A DNA stretch of 64,000 nt from an uncultured Gammaproteobacteria bacterium (GTDB lineage Bacteria; Patescibacteriota; Microgenomatia; Levybacterales; UBA12049). The position numbers and the translations under genes are program-made. Shown piece after piece: positions 8,990 to 19,021 of this stretch (positions are counted from its first letter, which is position 1; the number at the start of each line of letters is the position of its first letter). The notes under the pieces are model-generated. The model ran no database searches and was not told where the DNA came from. It saw only the letters and a program-made list of their open reading frames with translations. Where the stretch lies: NCBI GenBank assembly GCA_964414015.1, contig CAYPUE010000001.1, positions 8,893 to 72,892 of the forward strand, in the 5' to 3' direction.

Positions 8990-9526
8990 ATGAAGAAAAG
9001 TACATTATATATATCTATAATATTATTGTCGTTGTTTATTTTCCCTCCTGTTCAGGCTTCATTCGCAGAAGAATCAACCCAATCTGCTATAATTAAATAT
9101 GACCTTGCTTATCCGGGTATTCTTCCAGATAATCCTTTATACAAATTGAAAGTTGTTAGAGATAGAATAGTTGCATCCCTCATATCTGATCCCTATAAGA
9201 AAATCGAATTTTATCTACTCCAAACAGATAAAGGAATTTTAGCGACAGCAATGCTTATTGACAATAATAAGGTTGACCTTGCCCTACAAACAGCTTTAAA
9301 AGCAGAAAATAACTACACTTTGTTAACTCAACAATTATATAAGTTTCGCCAAAAACCAAATGCTAATTTTTTTAAAAAATTGAAAACAGCTTCGTTAAAA
9401 CACCAGGAAGTGCTCGCATCGTTAATTAAAAGAGTTCCTGAAAAAAATAAACAAGCCTTTGCGAACATTATTTATTTCTCACAAAGAAATCTTGAAACAA
9501 TAGAGGAATACAGGATAAAACGATAG
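8990..9526 (+). CDS. Exported alpha-helical protein, DUF5667-like
   Basis: Signal peptide MKKSTLYISIILL...VQASFA, then YPGILPDNPLYKLK and LKH.EVL. Start moved to ATG 8990 because the TTG at 8939 lies inside the -35 box. Confidence 0.7.
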   Translation: MKKSTLYISIILLSLFIFPPVQASFAEESTQSAIIKYDLAYPGILPDNPLYKLKVVRDRIVASLISDPYKKIEFYLLQTDKGILATAMLIDNNKVDLALQTALKAENNYTLLTQQLYKFRQKPNANFFKKLKTASLKHQEVLASLIKRVPEKNKQAFANIIYFSQRNLETIEEYRIKR

Positions 9527-9544
9527 AATCTTCCGTAAGCTTGA

Positions 9545-10597
9545 TCAAGCCTTATTTTCAAACTTTGATCCTTTTCTAAATTTAATCACTAATTTAGAAA
9601 CACACTCTATATCTTTTTTAGACAAAAGGGGATGAAGAGGAAGAGTTACGACTCGATCTCCGATGTACTCTGTGTTAGGCAAATTTGCTTTATAGTTTTT
9701 GTAGGCTGTCATTGTATGAACCGGAATGAAATGCACGGAACATTGAACTTTATGTTCTGCCATGTATTCAATGAATCTATCTCTATTTTCAACCAAAATT
9801 GGATAAAGGTGATTCCCCATATTGTTCAATCCCAAAATCTTGTTATAGTAATGAACCAAATCTGTTCTTTCTTTCTGCAGAACTGGAAGTCTTTTAAGCT
9901 GTACTCTCCCAAGGGAAGAATTTAAATCCGTGGTGTTAAACTTATAACCAGGAAATTCTATATCGTATCTCCACTTGCTTTGGTTATCGTATCTTTTCCA
10001 TGCATCTTTCGACATACCGTGAAGTCTGGCTTTCCTAAGCCAAATAGCCAACTTCTCATCGTCTGTTGTTATCATGCCACCCTCTCCCGTTGTCATATTC
10101 TTTGTCGCATAAAATGAGTAAGCCGTTAGATTTTTTGAAGCCCCGCTTTTTGGAATAAGATGGGCACTGTCTTCAACTACGGGTAATTCGTAATTTACAA
10201 AAGCTTTCCTTCCGGCATAATGAACAGGCATAATTGCTTTAGTTTTTTTTGTGATTTTTTTTTCAACGCTTTTTGGATCTAGCGTAAAATCATTTTTATT
10301 AATATCAGCAAAGACAGGAGTTGCTCCTGTATGTACGACTACATTAGCTGTAGCTGCAAATGTAAAAGAAGGCACAATTACTTCATCTCCTATCCCAATG
10401 CCTAAAGCTTTGAGGCTTAAAAAAAGTCCCGCTGTGCAACTATTCAAAGCGACAGCAAATCTAGCTCCAACATAATCTGCAAATTCTTCTTCAAAAGCTA
10501 AGGTTTCTTCTCCCATAGTCAACCATCCGCTTTTAAGAACTTTTATAACGCTTTCTATGTCTTCTTTCCCGATTACGGTTTTTGAAAACGAAATCAT
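9545..10597 (-). CDS. DegT/DnrJ/EryC1/StrS PLP-dependent sugar aminotransferase
   Basis: SGWLTMG, NSCTAGL, GDEVIVPSFTF.AT, PVHYAG, EDSAH, SFYATKNMTTGEGG (PLP lysine), VTLPLHP. Confidence 0.93.
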   Translation of the reverse strand: MISFSKTVIGKEDIESVIKVLKSGWLTMGEETLAFEEEFADYVGARFAVALNSCTAGLFLSLKALGIGIGDEVIVPSFTFAATANVVVHTGATPVFADINKNDFTLDPKSVEKKITKKTKAIMPVHYAGRKAFVNYELPVVEDSAHLIPKSGASKNLTAYSFYATKNMTTGEGGMITTDDEKLAIWLRKARLHGMSKDAWKRYDNQSKWRYDIEFPGYKFNTTDLNSSLGRVQLKRLPVLQKERTDLVHYYNKILGLNNMGNHLYPILVENRDRFIEYMAEHKVQCSVHFIPVHTMTAYKNYKANLPNTEYIGDRVVTLPLHPLLSKKDIECVSKLVIKFRKGSKFENKA

Positions 10598-10600
10598 AAT

Positions 10601-12007
10601 TTAGTTTCTAAAGGATGTAAAAATTTTCGACAACTCTTTTCTTACCATTTCGTCACGAAAATGATCTGCATGCTGCACAAGCGTTTTGATTATTTTTTCA
10701 GAATCTTTCAATTCTAAATTCGAATTTTCTGCAATAAAAATCTTTTTATTTAAAGTTTTTGTCAGATTTTCTTTTTTTGTAAAAAGTTCCTCGCTAAGCT
10801 TTTCTCCGGGTCGCAATCCAGTATAAACTATTTTAATATCTTCTTGAGGAATAAGACCTGAAAGTTTTATTAAAAGTTTCGCTAGATCTACTATTCTTAT
10901 CGACTCCCCCATATCGAGTATGAAAATTTCTCCGCCTTTTCCAAATACGGTTGCCTGAAAAATAAGCTGTACAGCCTCAGGTATAGACATAAAGAATCTT
11001 TTCATGTCTTTATGGGTAATAGTTACGGGACCACCTTCGCTTATTTGTTTTTTAAACAAAGGCAAAACGCTGCCAAAACTATCTAGAACATTACCAAAAC
11101 GAACAGATATGAATTTCGTAAAAGATTTTTTTGAAAATTCAGATACGATGCTTTCCGCAATTCGTTTCGTAGCGCCCATGACACTTTTGGGATAAACTGC
11201 TTTATCTGTAGATATCAAGACAAAATGCGATGATCTATATTTTTTGGCAATTTTTGCTAGAACTATCGTTCCAAATACGTTATTTTTAACCGCCTCGCTT
11301 GGATTATCTTCCATTAATGGCACATGTTTATACGCAGCAGCATGAAAAACTATATCGGGTTTTTCTTCTTTAAAAACCCTATCCACTTTAGCTTCATTCT
11401 TTATGTCTCCTATTATGCTTTTTGTGCTTATATTCGTAAATTTTGATTTAAATTCTAAATCCAGATCGAACATTCCATTTTCCCACCAATCATAAAAAAT
11501 AAGTTTTTTTGGAGAAAAAAGCGCTAATTGCCTACAGATTTCGTGACCAATTGATCCGCATGCTCCTGTAATAAGAATCTTTTTCCCCTTAAAAAAATTT
11601 ATTAAGGTATTTTGCTCCATTTGAACTATTTCTCTGCCTATCAAATCAGAAACATCTACGTCTCTAATCTGATTTATCGCCACTTTTCCTTGTATGATAT
11701 CTAGAGTTCTTGGTATAACCTTAAAAGCTATATTTAGGTTTTTGCATCTTTCTATAATTTTTCTGATTATTCCTCCTCTCGCAGAAGGAATGGCGATAAA
11801 TATCTCACTAATCTTATATTTTTTTATCAGCATATGAAGATCATTTATTTGCCCCAAAACTTGCAAGCCTAAAACTCTTTTACCAATCTTTTCCAAATCA
11901 TCATCTACGAATCCAATAATCTCAATCTTAATGCTTTTATGCTTTCTAAACTCTTTTAGAAGCTCTTTTCCTGCCACTCCAGCTCCAATTATTAATGCTT
12001 TAATCAT
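10601..12007 (-). CDS. UDP-GlcNAc 4,6-dehydratase, PglF/CapD/WbpM-like, lacking the N-terminal membrane domain
   Basis: IIGAG.AG, GFVDDD, TGACGSIG, FHAAAYKHVPLME, STDKAV...MGATKR, VRFGNVL, LDMG, GLRPGEKL.EEL. Confidence 0.92.
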   Translation of the reverse strand: MIKALIIGAGVAGKELLKEFRKHKSIKIEIIGFVDDDLEKIGKRVLGLQVLGQINDLHMLIKKYKISEIFIAIPSARGGIIRKIIERCKNLNIAFKVIPRTLDIIQGKVAINQIRDVDVSDLIGREIVQMEQNTLINFFKGKKILITGACGSIGHEICRQLALFSPKKLIFYDWWENGMFDLDLEFKSKFTNISTKSIIGDIKNEAKVDRVFKEEKPDIVFHAAAYKHVPLMEDNPSEAVKNNVFGTIVLAKIAKKYRSSHFVLISTDKAVYPKSVMGATKRIAESIVSEFSKKSFTKFISVRFGNVLDSFGSVLPLFKKQISEGGPVTITHKDMKRFFMSIPEAVQLIFQATVFGKGGEIFILDMGESIRIVDLAKLLIKLSGLIPQEDIKIVYTGLRPGEKLSEELFTKKENLTKTLNKKIFIAENSNLELKDSEKIIKTLVQHADHFRDEMVRKELSKIFTSFRN

Positions 12008-12008
12008 G

Positions 12009-13166
12009 TCAATTTTTAAATAATTCTATTTTTTTTATTAAATTTGCCGCTATTTGCGATACGTTAAAGTCCTTTGCGAAAACTTTTAGATTATTTTTGA
12101 AACTTTTTCTTTTATCTTTTCCGTTCTTAACGAATGTTTCCAACATCGCTGATAGCTTTTTAATATCTCCTGATGGGAATGTATATCCTATTTTGTATTT
12201 TTTTACTAATTTAGGCATATCTCCAGCATCCGAAACAATAACGGGAATTCCTGCCTTCGCGCCCTCTGTCAAAGTCAAAGGGATACTATCGCTTCTCGAT
12301 GGGATAACTAATAAATCTGATTTTGCAAGATATGAAAATATAATATTTTTATCATCTACATTTCCCAAAAATGAAACTTTTCCCCTTAGACCATATTCTA
12401 CACTTTTTTGGATTAGTTTCTCAAGCAACACTCCTCCACCCAAAAAATAAGCATGATAATTCATTTGCTTTGGTAACGCCGAAAGCGAAGACAAAAGTAT
12501 ATCAGGACCTTTCACCTTCTCAAGACGTCCCAAAAAAATAAAATTTACTAATCTTTCATCTATAGCTACTTTTATTCTTTTTATATTCCTAAATGCTGTT
12601 GCTGAAGGGAGAAATGTGCAAATCTTGTTGCTAAACTTAGTAATTTTATTGGCTAAATCAATACCGTCTGCAAGAAGAAAATTTGAATTATCAACAGATT
12701 TTTTAATCCAATATCCTACAATGGGCAACTTTTGATAAATATATATGTCTGAACCAAGAGCCCATATGCCATATGGAACTTTCAAGGCTCTATTGATCTG
12801 GTATGCCAATATACCAGCCGGAATTGCCCAAAACGCCAAACATAAATCAACCGGGTCTTTCTTAATGATTGCTTCTATATCATTTTTTGACTGAATAAAT
12901 AATATACAAAGTTTGATCAGATCGAATATATTGTAGAATTTAACTTCGCCGAGACTTTTCCCAAGACTTCCTTTGCTCAAAAAGTAAATCTTAAGTCTGC
13001 CATCTAAACAAACTGTTGTTTTTGCAACTGATGCGTTGACAACGAAAATCTGAATACTGTGACCTCTTTCTGCGAGTTCTTGCGCCATATCTGAAACGAA
13101 AATTCCGGCATTGCCTCTCTCTTTTGAAGACAAAGGATAGTTGTGAGTTATAAATGCTATTTTCAT
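12009..13166 (-). CDS. GT4 (GT-B) glycosyltransferase
   Basis: LGSDI, FLGRL..VKG, PSRSDSIPLTLTEG...G.PVI.SD.G (D/Ex7E). Confidence 0.85.
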   Translation of the reverse strand: MKIAFITHNYPLSSKERGNAGIFVSDMAQELAERGHSIQIFVVNASVAKTTVCLDGRLKIYFLSKGSLGKSLGEVKFYNIFDLIKLCILFIQSKNDIEAIIKKDPVDLCLAFWAIPAGILAYQINRALKVPYGIWALGSDIYIYQKLPIVGYWIKKSVDNSNFLLADGIDLANKITKFSNKICTFLPSATAFRNIKRIKVAIDERLVNFIFLGRLEKVKGPDILLSSLSALPKQMNYHAYFLGGGVLLEKLIQKSVEYGLRGKVSFLGNVDDKNIIFSYLAKSDLLVIPSRSDSIPLTLTEGAKAGIPVIVSDAGDMPKLVKKYKIGYTFPSGDIKKLSAMLETFVKNGKDKRKSFKNNLKVFAKDFNVSQIAANLIKKIELFKN

Positions 13167-15304
13167 GGCGTAATATCTGATAATTTAGAGATGATAATTC
13201 TTTCTACATTAAATATACAGGAGTTATTAGAATCCGGATAAATTATAATAGACTTTGCGGGCTTTGCTGCAAAGAAATAGACCAAACGTCTATCTTTTGG
13301 TTCTATATCTGTAGTAACCTGCAAAATGGGAACATTATCCGCTTGCCTCTGCCAAACTTCCCCATCCTTAGAAATATGAACCGTTCCTTCCTTTAGCGGA
13401 TCACAATTTGAATTATCATAATAGAGGTCAAGTTTAGTTAGAAAAATGTTCTTATTGAAAACAATTCTAAGTCCACTGTCTTCATCTTTCTCTGCTGATA
13501 CGATATCCACATTATTGTCTTCGTTTAAAAAATCTTTCTTCGTATGTTCTATGTCGTTTTTCCATATTTTTAAAATTGTTACTCCATCTATTTTTTTATC
13601 ATAAACCGGATTAAGGTAGGTTTCCAAATATTCATACTGATATCCTTGCAAAGGGAAACCTTGGGCGATCATGTCCATTAGGTATTCACCCTTCCGTTCA
13701 GTACCGCTCCAATAGTTGTTCCACAAAGCAATATCTGTCCTTAGCCGGGGTCGTGGTATATTTCCAAGCGTTGCAGAAACAAGAGCTAATTGTGCACTTC
13801 CAGGTGCATTTTTATTCATCCACTCGACCCCCTGAAGATATACATTACCATAACTATTACCCCAACCCGAAATATTTTTCTCTTTTGCTCCTTTCAATCC
13901 GCCAATAAAACTATTAAAATAAACATTTTCATTTGGATGAAGGCGTATTATATTTATTGCTGCCGGAATAAACATTATTATAATTAAACTCATTACAAAA
14001 AGATTAACCATGTAAAGTTTGTTTTTAGCAAATATCTTATTTTGAATAAGAAAATTTGAAATGGATTTTCTTATCATTAATGCCCCTAATCCAGCTAAAA
14101 GAGCCATCGCCGGAATAAATTCCATTATTTGCCTATCTCCGCCATAAATAGATGCACCAGGAACGCTTACTCTCAATATTGGGATAACAAACCACAAGAG
14201 AAATAAAAACGATGTCTTTTTATTTTCTTTTTTAAATAAAGACATGGAGCTCAATATGCCTAATCCTGATAAGAAAATTATTATTGGCGGAGTTGTATAG
14301 AAAATCCATTGTATTGCATACGTATTCCATCCGAATAATAAATACCCTGACTGGTAAATTGCGCCGGTACCAATACCTTTGTAATAAAGCACTACAGACA
14401 ATAAATTACGATAGGGATCTTGCCATAAGTAAGGCCATGTACCAAAGAATATGGCAAATACTATAAATGGATAAAATATTAAATAGAATAAGAGTGTTCT
14501 ATTTTTTTTAGTAAACGCTATTAACTTAGGCCATTTAAACTTACCCCAAATGTAAGCAATAAACCACGGAAGAATTATAAAAGGCAAAAATACAATATTA
14601 AATTTTGTACCCAACGCAAATCCACAAGAAATACTTGAAGCTAAAATCCATCTCCAACTTTTTCTTGTTATCCCTTCAAAAAAAGCAAAAATTGTAAAGG
14701 TAAAAAATGCAGCTTCAGGAGGATCTTTTATGTTGAAATGCACTTCGCCAAAAAATAAAGGGTAAAGAAAGAGAGAAAGAGAGGAAATAATTCCTGCAAA
14801 AATTCCGTAATACCTGGCAGAAAAAATATAAACCACAAAAAGCATTAATCCTCCAGTTAAAATTTCAAATAGATGGTATGAATTTAAGTCATCCATTACG
14901 CCTAGCTTTCTATAAAAAATGTAATTTGTGGTAGCTGCTAGAATATCGCTAAGAGGAGGATGTCCGCTATCATTCTTAAGGAAATATTCTGGAGTCCACC
15001 CTTCATATTGATATCCGCTTGCTCTTAAGTCTGACGTTAATTTTCTTTGTTTTTCCTTATATTCCTGCAAAGCTTTTTTTATATCGGGATATCCTGGGTT
15101 TCCCGCATGGGGTTTATCTTGAGATAAACCGGAAAAATCTTTTTTGCCAGTAAGAAAATAGTGAAGGTATGCAAAACCTCTTGAAAAATGCAGAGGCTCG
15201 TCCCAATTGATCCCATAATCTGACATTGTCAAAAAAAGAGCAGAAAAATAGAAAGATACCAACATTAATCCTACAATAATGTATTTTTTCTTGAATAAAT
15301 TCAT
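13163..15304 (-). CDS. GT-C glycosyltransferase with C-terminal discoidin/beta-sandwich-like domain
   Basis: YGINWDEP, GHPP, HFNIKDPP, GTKF, WP.LW, IYGGDR; many TM helices; soluble tail containing V.ISKDG..WQ. Confidence 0.75.
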   Translation of the reverse strand: MNLFKKKYIIVGLMLVSFYFSALFLTMSDYGINWDEPLHFSRGFAYLHYFLTGKKDFSGLSQDKPHAGNPGYPDIKKALQEYKEKQRKLTSDLRASGYQYEGWTPEYFLKNDSGHPPLSDILAATTNYIFYRKLGVMDDLNSYHLFEILTGGLMLFVVYIFSARYYGIFAGIISSLSLFLYPLFFGEVHFNIKDPPEAAFFTFTIFAFFEGITRKSWRWILASSISCGFALGTKFNIVFLPFIILPWFIAYIWGKFKWPKLIAFTKKNRTLLFYLIFYPFIVFAIFFGTWPYLWQDPYRNLLSVVLYYKGIGTGAIYQSGYLLFGWNTYAIQWIFYTTPPIIIFLSGLGILSSMSLFKKENKKTSFLFLLWFVIPILRVSVPGASIYGGDRQIMEFIPAMALLAGLGALMIRKSISNFLIQNKIFAKNKLYMVNLFVMSLIIIMFIPAAINIIRLHPNENVYFNSFIGGLKGAKEKNISGWGNSYGNVYLQGVEWMNKNAPGSAQLALVSATLGNIPRPRLRTDIALWNNYWSGTERKGEYLMDMIAQGFPLQGYQYEYLETYLNPVYDKKIDGVTILKIWKNDIEHTKKDFLNEDNNVDIVSAEKDEDSGLRIVFNKNIFLTKLDLYYDNSNCDPLKEGTVHISKDGEVWQRQADNVPILQVTTDIEPKDRRLVYFFAAKPAKSIIIYPDSNNSCIFNVERIIISKLSDITP

Positions 15305-16419
15305 AAATCCTTAATTATTTTCATAAAATAATTTGCAGTTTTTTGCCAATCATATTGCTTGCTTTGCTTAATTGCTCCATCTCTTAAAATCTTATATAGA
15401 TTTTTATTTTCAAAAAGCTTAACCAGATTTCTAAATAATTCTTCCGTGGTATTTTTATTACAAACTAACCCAGTTTTGTAGTTTATGGCTACTTCCGAAA
15501 GCCCAGGAGAATTATAAACAACAGCCGGAGTCCCTACCATTCCTGCCTCCGGAATAGTTAAGCCGAATCCTTCCTTAAATGATGGGGAAACCAATATGTG
15601 CGCTTTTGACATTAGCTCAAATTTCTTGTTCTCATCCACGAAGCCGAAAAAAGTAACTGCATCTTCAAGACTAAGTTTTCTGATCATGTCTCGTAAATGT
15701 TGTTCGTATTCGTTATTTCCTCTGCCAATGATCCATAACTTAACATCATTATTCCACCTTTTTAATTTAGATAGAGTAAGCAAAGCGTCTTCCGCCCCTT
15801 TAGTTTTGGCCAAACGTCCTACGAAAATTATGGTGGGATCGCTTGCTTTTTTCAAAACTTTGATATTTTTTGGCTTGCTTATCCCCATTGGCAAAACTTT
15901 TATATTTTTATGATCCACTCCGTTCTTAACCAAATCAATTTTTGTAGAATTGGAGATTGTGACAAAATTGATTTTTTTATAAACGAGCCTAAGATAAAAA
16001 ATCTCAGCAATTCTTCCGATATAACCGAAAAATCCTCCGAACATTTTTATCCAAATATCACCTGCAACTTCACAAACCAAAACGATCTTTTTCTCTTTTA
16101 CGTAAAAAGGCGTAAAGAAAGGAAGACCATGCACCTCGTCGATAACAATATCTATTCTTCCTATAAGCTTAGTTAAGTAGTAATAAAATGCTAGGAAATG
16201 AACTGACCTAAATAGATACCTTGCATCAGGATGACCCATTCTGATTACTCGAACGCCGTCTATAACTTCTTTGTTTTTACAACCAGGAAACGAGGACGAG
16301 AATAGAATTACCTTATTCCCTTTCTTAACCCATCTTTTAGCAATTTCGTGAGTTAATATTTCTGCCCCGCCCGAAGAAGGATTCTTAATATCACGCCAAT
16401 TAAATATTAATATTCTCAT
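15301..16419 (-). CDS. GT4 glycosyltransferase
   Basis: NWRD..NP..GGAE, FVGRL..TKG, S.KEGFGLTIPEA...GTP. Confidence 0.9.
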   Translation of the reverse strand: MRILIFNWRDIKNPSSGGAEILTHEIAKRWVKKGNKVILFSSSFPGCKNKEVIDGVRVIRMGHPDARYLFRSVHFLAFYYYLTKLIGRIDIVIDEVHGLPFFTPFYVKEKKIVLVCEVAGDIWIKMFGGFFGYIGRIAEIFYLRLVYKKINFVTISNSTKIDLVKNGVDHKNIKVLPMGISKPKNIKVLKKASDPTIIFVGRLAKTKGAEDALLTLSKLKRWNNDVKLWIIGRGNNEYEQHLRDMIRKLSLEDAVTFFGFVDENKKFELMSKAHILVSPSFKEGFGLTIPEAGMVGTPAVVYNSPGLSEVAINYKTGLVCNKNTTEELFRNLVKLFENKNLYKILRDGAIKQSKQYDWQKTANYFMKIIKDL

Positions 16420-17225
16420 CCTATATTAACTCTAAAATTTAATTCCGGATCGTATCTCCATTTTCTTTTATTGTTGTTATCATAATATTTTAAGATTTTC
16501 AGCCTGTAAAAAATAGCAAGCGAATCCCAAAAGGTCTTAAATAATGCCGACATTAAGCTTTGAGAAACCAAACTTTTTTTAAAATTATATTTTATTTCAA
16601 CGGGAGCCTCGAATATTTTTTTATAACCCAGATGGTAAGCTACTGCCAAAATTTCTATATCGAAAGCAAATTCCTTAACTAATAGTCTAGGGAAAACATC
16701 TTCTATAACTTTCCTTTTGAAAAATTTCATCCCAACTTGTGTATCTCGCACATTAAGACCAAAAAGTACTCTTATGAAAATTTGAGACAGAAGACTTATT
16801 ATTTTTCTACTTAAGGGATATTTAACCTTAGATGATGGATGACGCTTGCTCCCAATCATTACGTCTGCATCATGCCACTCGAACTGCTCAATCAAGATCG
16901 ATAATCCATTTGGATTAAGGTCCATTCCCGAGTCAATAAAACCAACTATATCCCCTTTCGATCTAACCATGCCATACCTAACAGCATAACCTTTCCCATG
17001 ATTATGCTCATAACCCACAACTATGACTTTATTAGAACTTGCTTTTTTTGCATTCTTAAATGTCTCATCAGCTTGACCATCTACCACAACGATAATTTCA
17101 TAATCATACCGTAATTCTTCCATGACATTTTTGATGCGCAATATATCTTCACGAATCGTTTTTTCTTGCTTGAACGCGGGAATAATAACGGATACCAAAT
17201 GTTGTCTTTTATTTTGTTTCGCCAT
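16416..17225 (-). CDS. GT2, dolichyl-phosphate glucose/mannose synthase-like
   Basis: SVIIPAF, VVDG, N.GKGYAVRYG, FIDSG.D, GSKRH, DTQVGMK.F, FAFDIEIL. Confidence 0.88.
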   Translation of the reverse strand: MAKQNKRQHLVSVIIPAFKQEKTIREDILRIKNVMEELRYDYEIIVVVDGQADETFKNAKKASSNKVIVVGYEHNHGKGYAVRYGMVRSKGDIVGFIDSGMDLNPNGLSILIEQFEWHDADVMIGSKRHPSSKVKYPLSRKIISLLSQIFIRVLFGLNVRDTQVGMKFFKRKVIEDVFPRLLVKEFAFDIEILAVAYHLGYKKIFEAPVEIKYNFKKSLVSQSLMSALFKTFWDSLAIFYRLKILKYYDNNNKRKWRYDPELNFRVNIG

Positions 17226-18471
17226 AAAGCTTTAGGTAATATAGCAAAAGCAAAATCAGAAGTAAACCTGTAATGCCAAACGAAATAGCGATTATGTGAA
17301 AAAAAGTTTCGTGGAAAAACCATATTAATATTCCCTGGAGAATAGCACCAAAAAGTACAGGGATGAACACTTTTGTTTTTTTAATAGATAGGTAAAAATT
17401 AGTACATATAAAAAGCATTGAATATATAGTTATGTACATTCCAAAAAAACCAACAAGCGGAGCAGCAAAAACTGCTTCTTCTTTTTTGCTAAAAACATTT
17501 AACATGAACTCCGGAAATAAAAAATAGAAAATTGTTAAAGCTGCCGAAGCAGCAAAAACCAACAGTAAAGACAAGATAAATATTGAATGGTAACTTTCTT
17601 TTTTTGTATGTTTCTGCACAATAAGAGGAAACATAACCGTTCCAATAGGAGCCGAGAAAAAGAAAATAACTCTTCCAATTAGAGAGAGTGTCGCATACAC
17701 TCCTGCTTGCGTCGGATCAAAAAAGTGCTTTACTAATATAATGTCTGTTGAGATAAATGAAGTAAGCCCTAAAAGCGCCAATGTTGCAGGACCCGCATAT
17801 TTGAACATCGTTGCGAAATTAATAATAGTTTTTTTTTCGCTTCGATGAAGCAAAAAGGGCAAGCGCAGAAATGTTAAACCATAAGGAATCAGACCTGCGA
17901 CAAAAAATGCCAACATTGCGCCACCCACTGCAAATCCAGTAAAAACAAGCGAAACCCCAACAACAAACTTTAAAAAAGCTCCTATAAAAATTACTATTGA
18001 AAGAAAAATAAAATCCAGCTTTGCCTGAAGCAATGCTTGATTTATGACAAAAATAAAACCCGCGAAAACATTCAGCCCCACAAGAATAATTAAAAACTCA
18101 TCACTAATCCTAAAAAACTCTCCTATATTATGACTATATAAGACAAAAATGGCGAAAATTATTGCTCCAACCAGAAAAAGTATTTTGTTCATTCTTAAGA
18201 ACAATCCCCTTACTAAGGCTACATCTCCTTTAGCGAAATACGATCCTGCAAACCGAACAATTGTTGGAACAATTCCTGCCGCCGAAAAACCAAAAAGCGT
18301 AATAATCGATATAAGACTGGCCAATGCTCCATAATCGGAAAACGTAAGATTCCTGCTCATGAAAATGTTAAAAAGAAAATTAAATATATTTGCTGATAAT
18401 GAACCAAGAAAAACTATTATGCTTCCTGAAATAAGGGGGTGTTCTATAACCTGACGGATTTTTTTTCTCAT
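17209..18471 (-). CDS. wzx: Wzx-like oligosaccharide flippase (MOP superfamily)
   Basis: About 12 TM helices; RNL...DYG, TDIILVKHFF...AGVY, VMFP. Confidence 0.8.
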   Translation of the reverse strand: MRKKIRQVIEHPLISGSIIVFLGSLSANIFNFLFNIFMSRNLTFSDYGALASLISIITLFGFSAAGIVPTIVRFAGSYFAKGDVALVRGLFLRMNKILFLVGAIIFAIFVLYSHNIGEFFRISDEFLIILVGLNVFAGFIFVINQALLQAKLDFIFLSIVIFIGAFLKFVVGVSLVFTGFAVGGAMLAFFVAGLIPYGLTFLRLPFLLHRSEKKTIINFATMFKYAGPATLALLGLTSFISTDIILVKHFFDPTQAGVYATLSLIGRVIFFFSAPIGTVMFPLIVQKHTKKESYHSIFILSLLLVFAASAALTIFYFLFPEFMLNVFSKKEEAVFAAPLVGFFGMYITIYSMLFICTNFYLSIKKTKVFIPVLFGAILQGILIWFFHETFFHIIAISFGITGLLLILLLLYYLKLYGETK

Positions 18472-19007
18472 AGAGCTTTTCGCACGCTATCCCACGAGAA
18501 CAAGGATCCATCAGTAAGCTTTACTTGAGCTTCTTCGTAGGAAATTCTGCCTTCCTCTTTTGGGTTGTAAAGCGCAGTTGGAAAATTAAGAAGGATAGCT
18601 GGCTCTTTCGAGACCACCATAAAACCATGAAGGGTTTTTTTGGGAATCAATAGAACGTAGGGATTATCATCAGCTTTCATATTGAAAAGGTTTAGTAATC
18701 CAAAAGTTGGAGAATCTTCACGATTATCTGCTATGGCCACAACTATTGATCCCTGGATAACCAAAAATCTGTCTTCCTGCACTGTAGGATGATAATGCCA
18801 GACTTTTTCATCCCTTGCGATTCCGCTTGGAGTAATAGAGTAATACTGCATTGCAAACTCTTTACTCTTACCGTAAATATCAGGCCAGTCTGTCCTAAGG
18901 GTCTCAACCAATATTCCCGATTTATCCCTATTAATTTTTAAAGGATGCATAATAACATCCTTTACAAGCGTAAAATTGTTTTTATTTGAAATGTTAATAA
19001 ACTCCAT
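18468..19007 (-). CDS. RmlC-like cupin (dTDP-4-keto-sugar epimerase/isomerase family)
   Basis: D.SG.LVE, WHYH, D.R.DSPTFG, LLIP...LHGF, LYNP..E. ATG 19007 is preferred over TTG 19025. Confidence 0.8.
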   Translation of the reverse strand: MEFINISNKNNFTLVKDVIMHPLKINRDKSGILVETLRTDWPDIYGKSKEFAMQYYSITPSGIARDEKVWHYHPTVQEDRFLVIQGSIVVAIADNREDSPTFGLLNLFNMKADDNPYVLLIPKKTLHGFMVVSKEPAILLNFPTALYNPKEEGRISYEEAQVKLTDGSLFSWDSVRKAL

Positions 19008-19021
19008 TACAAGATATGATA

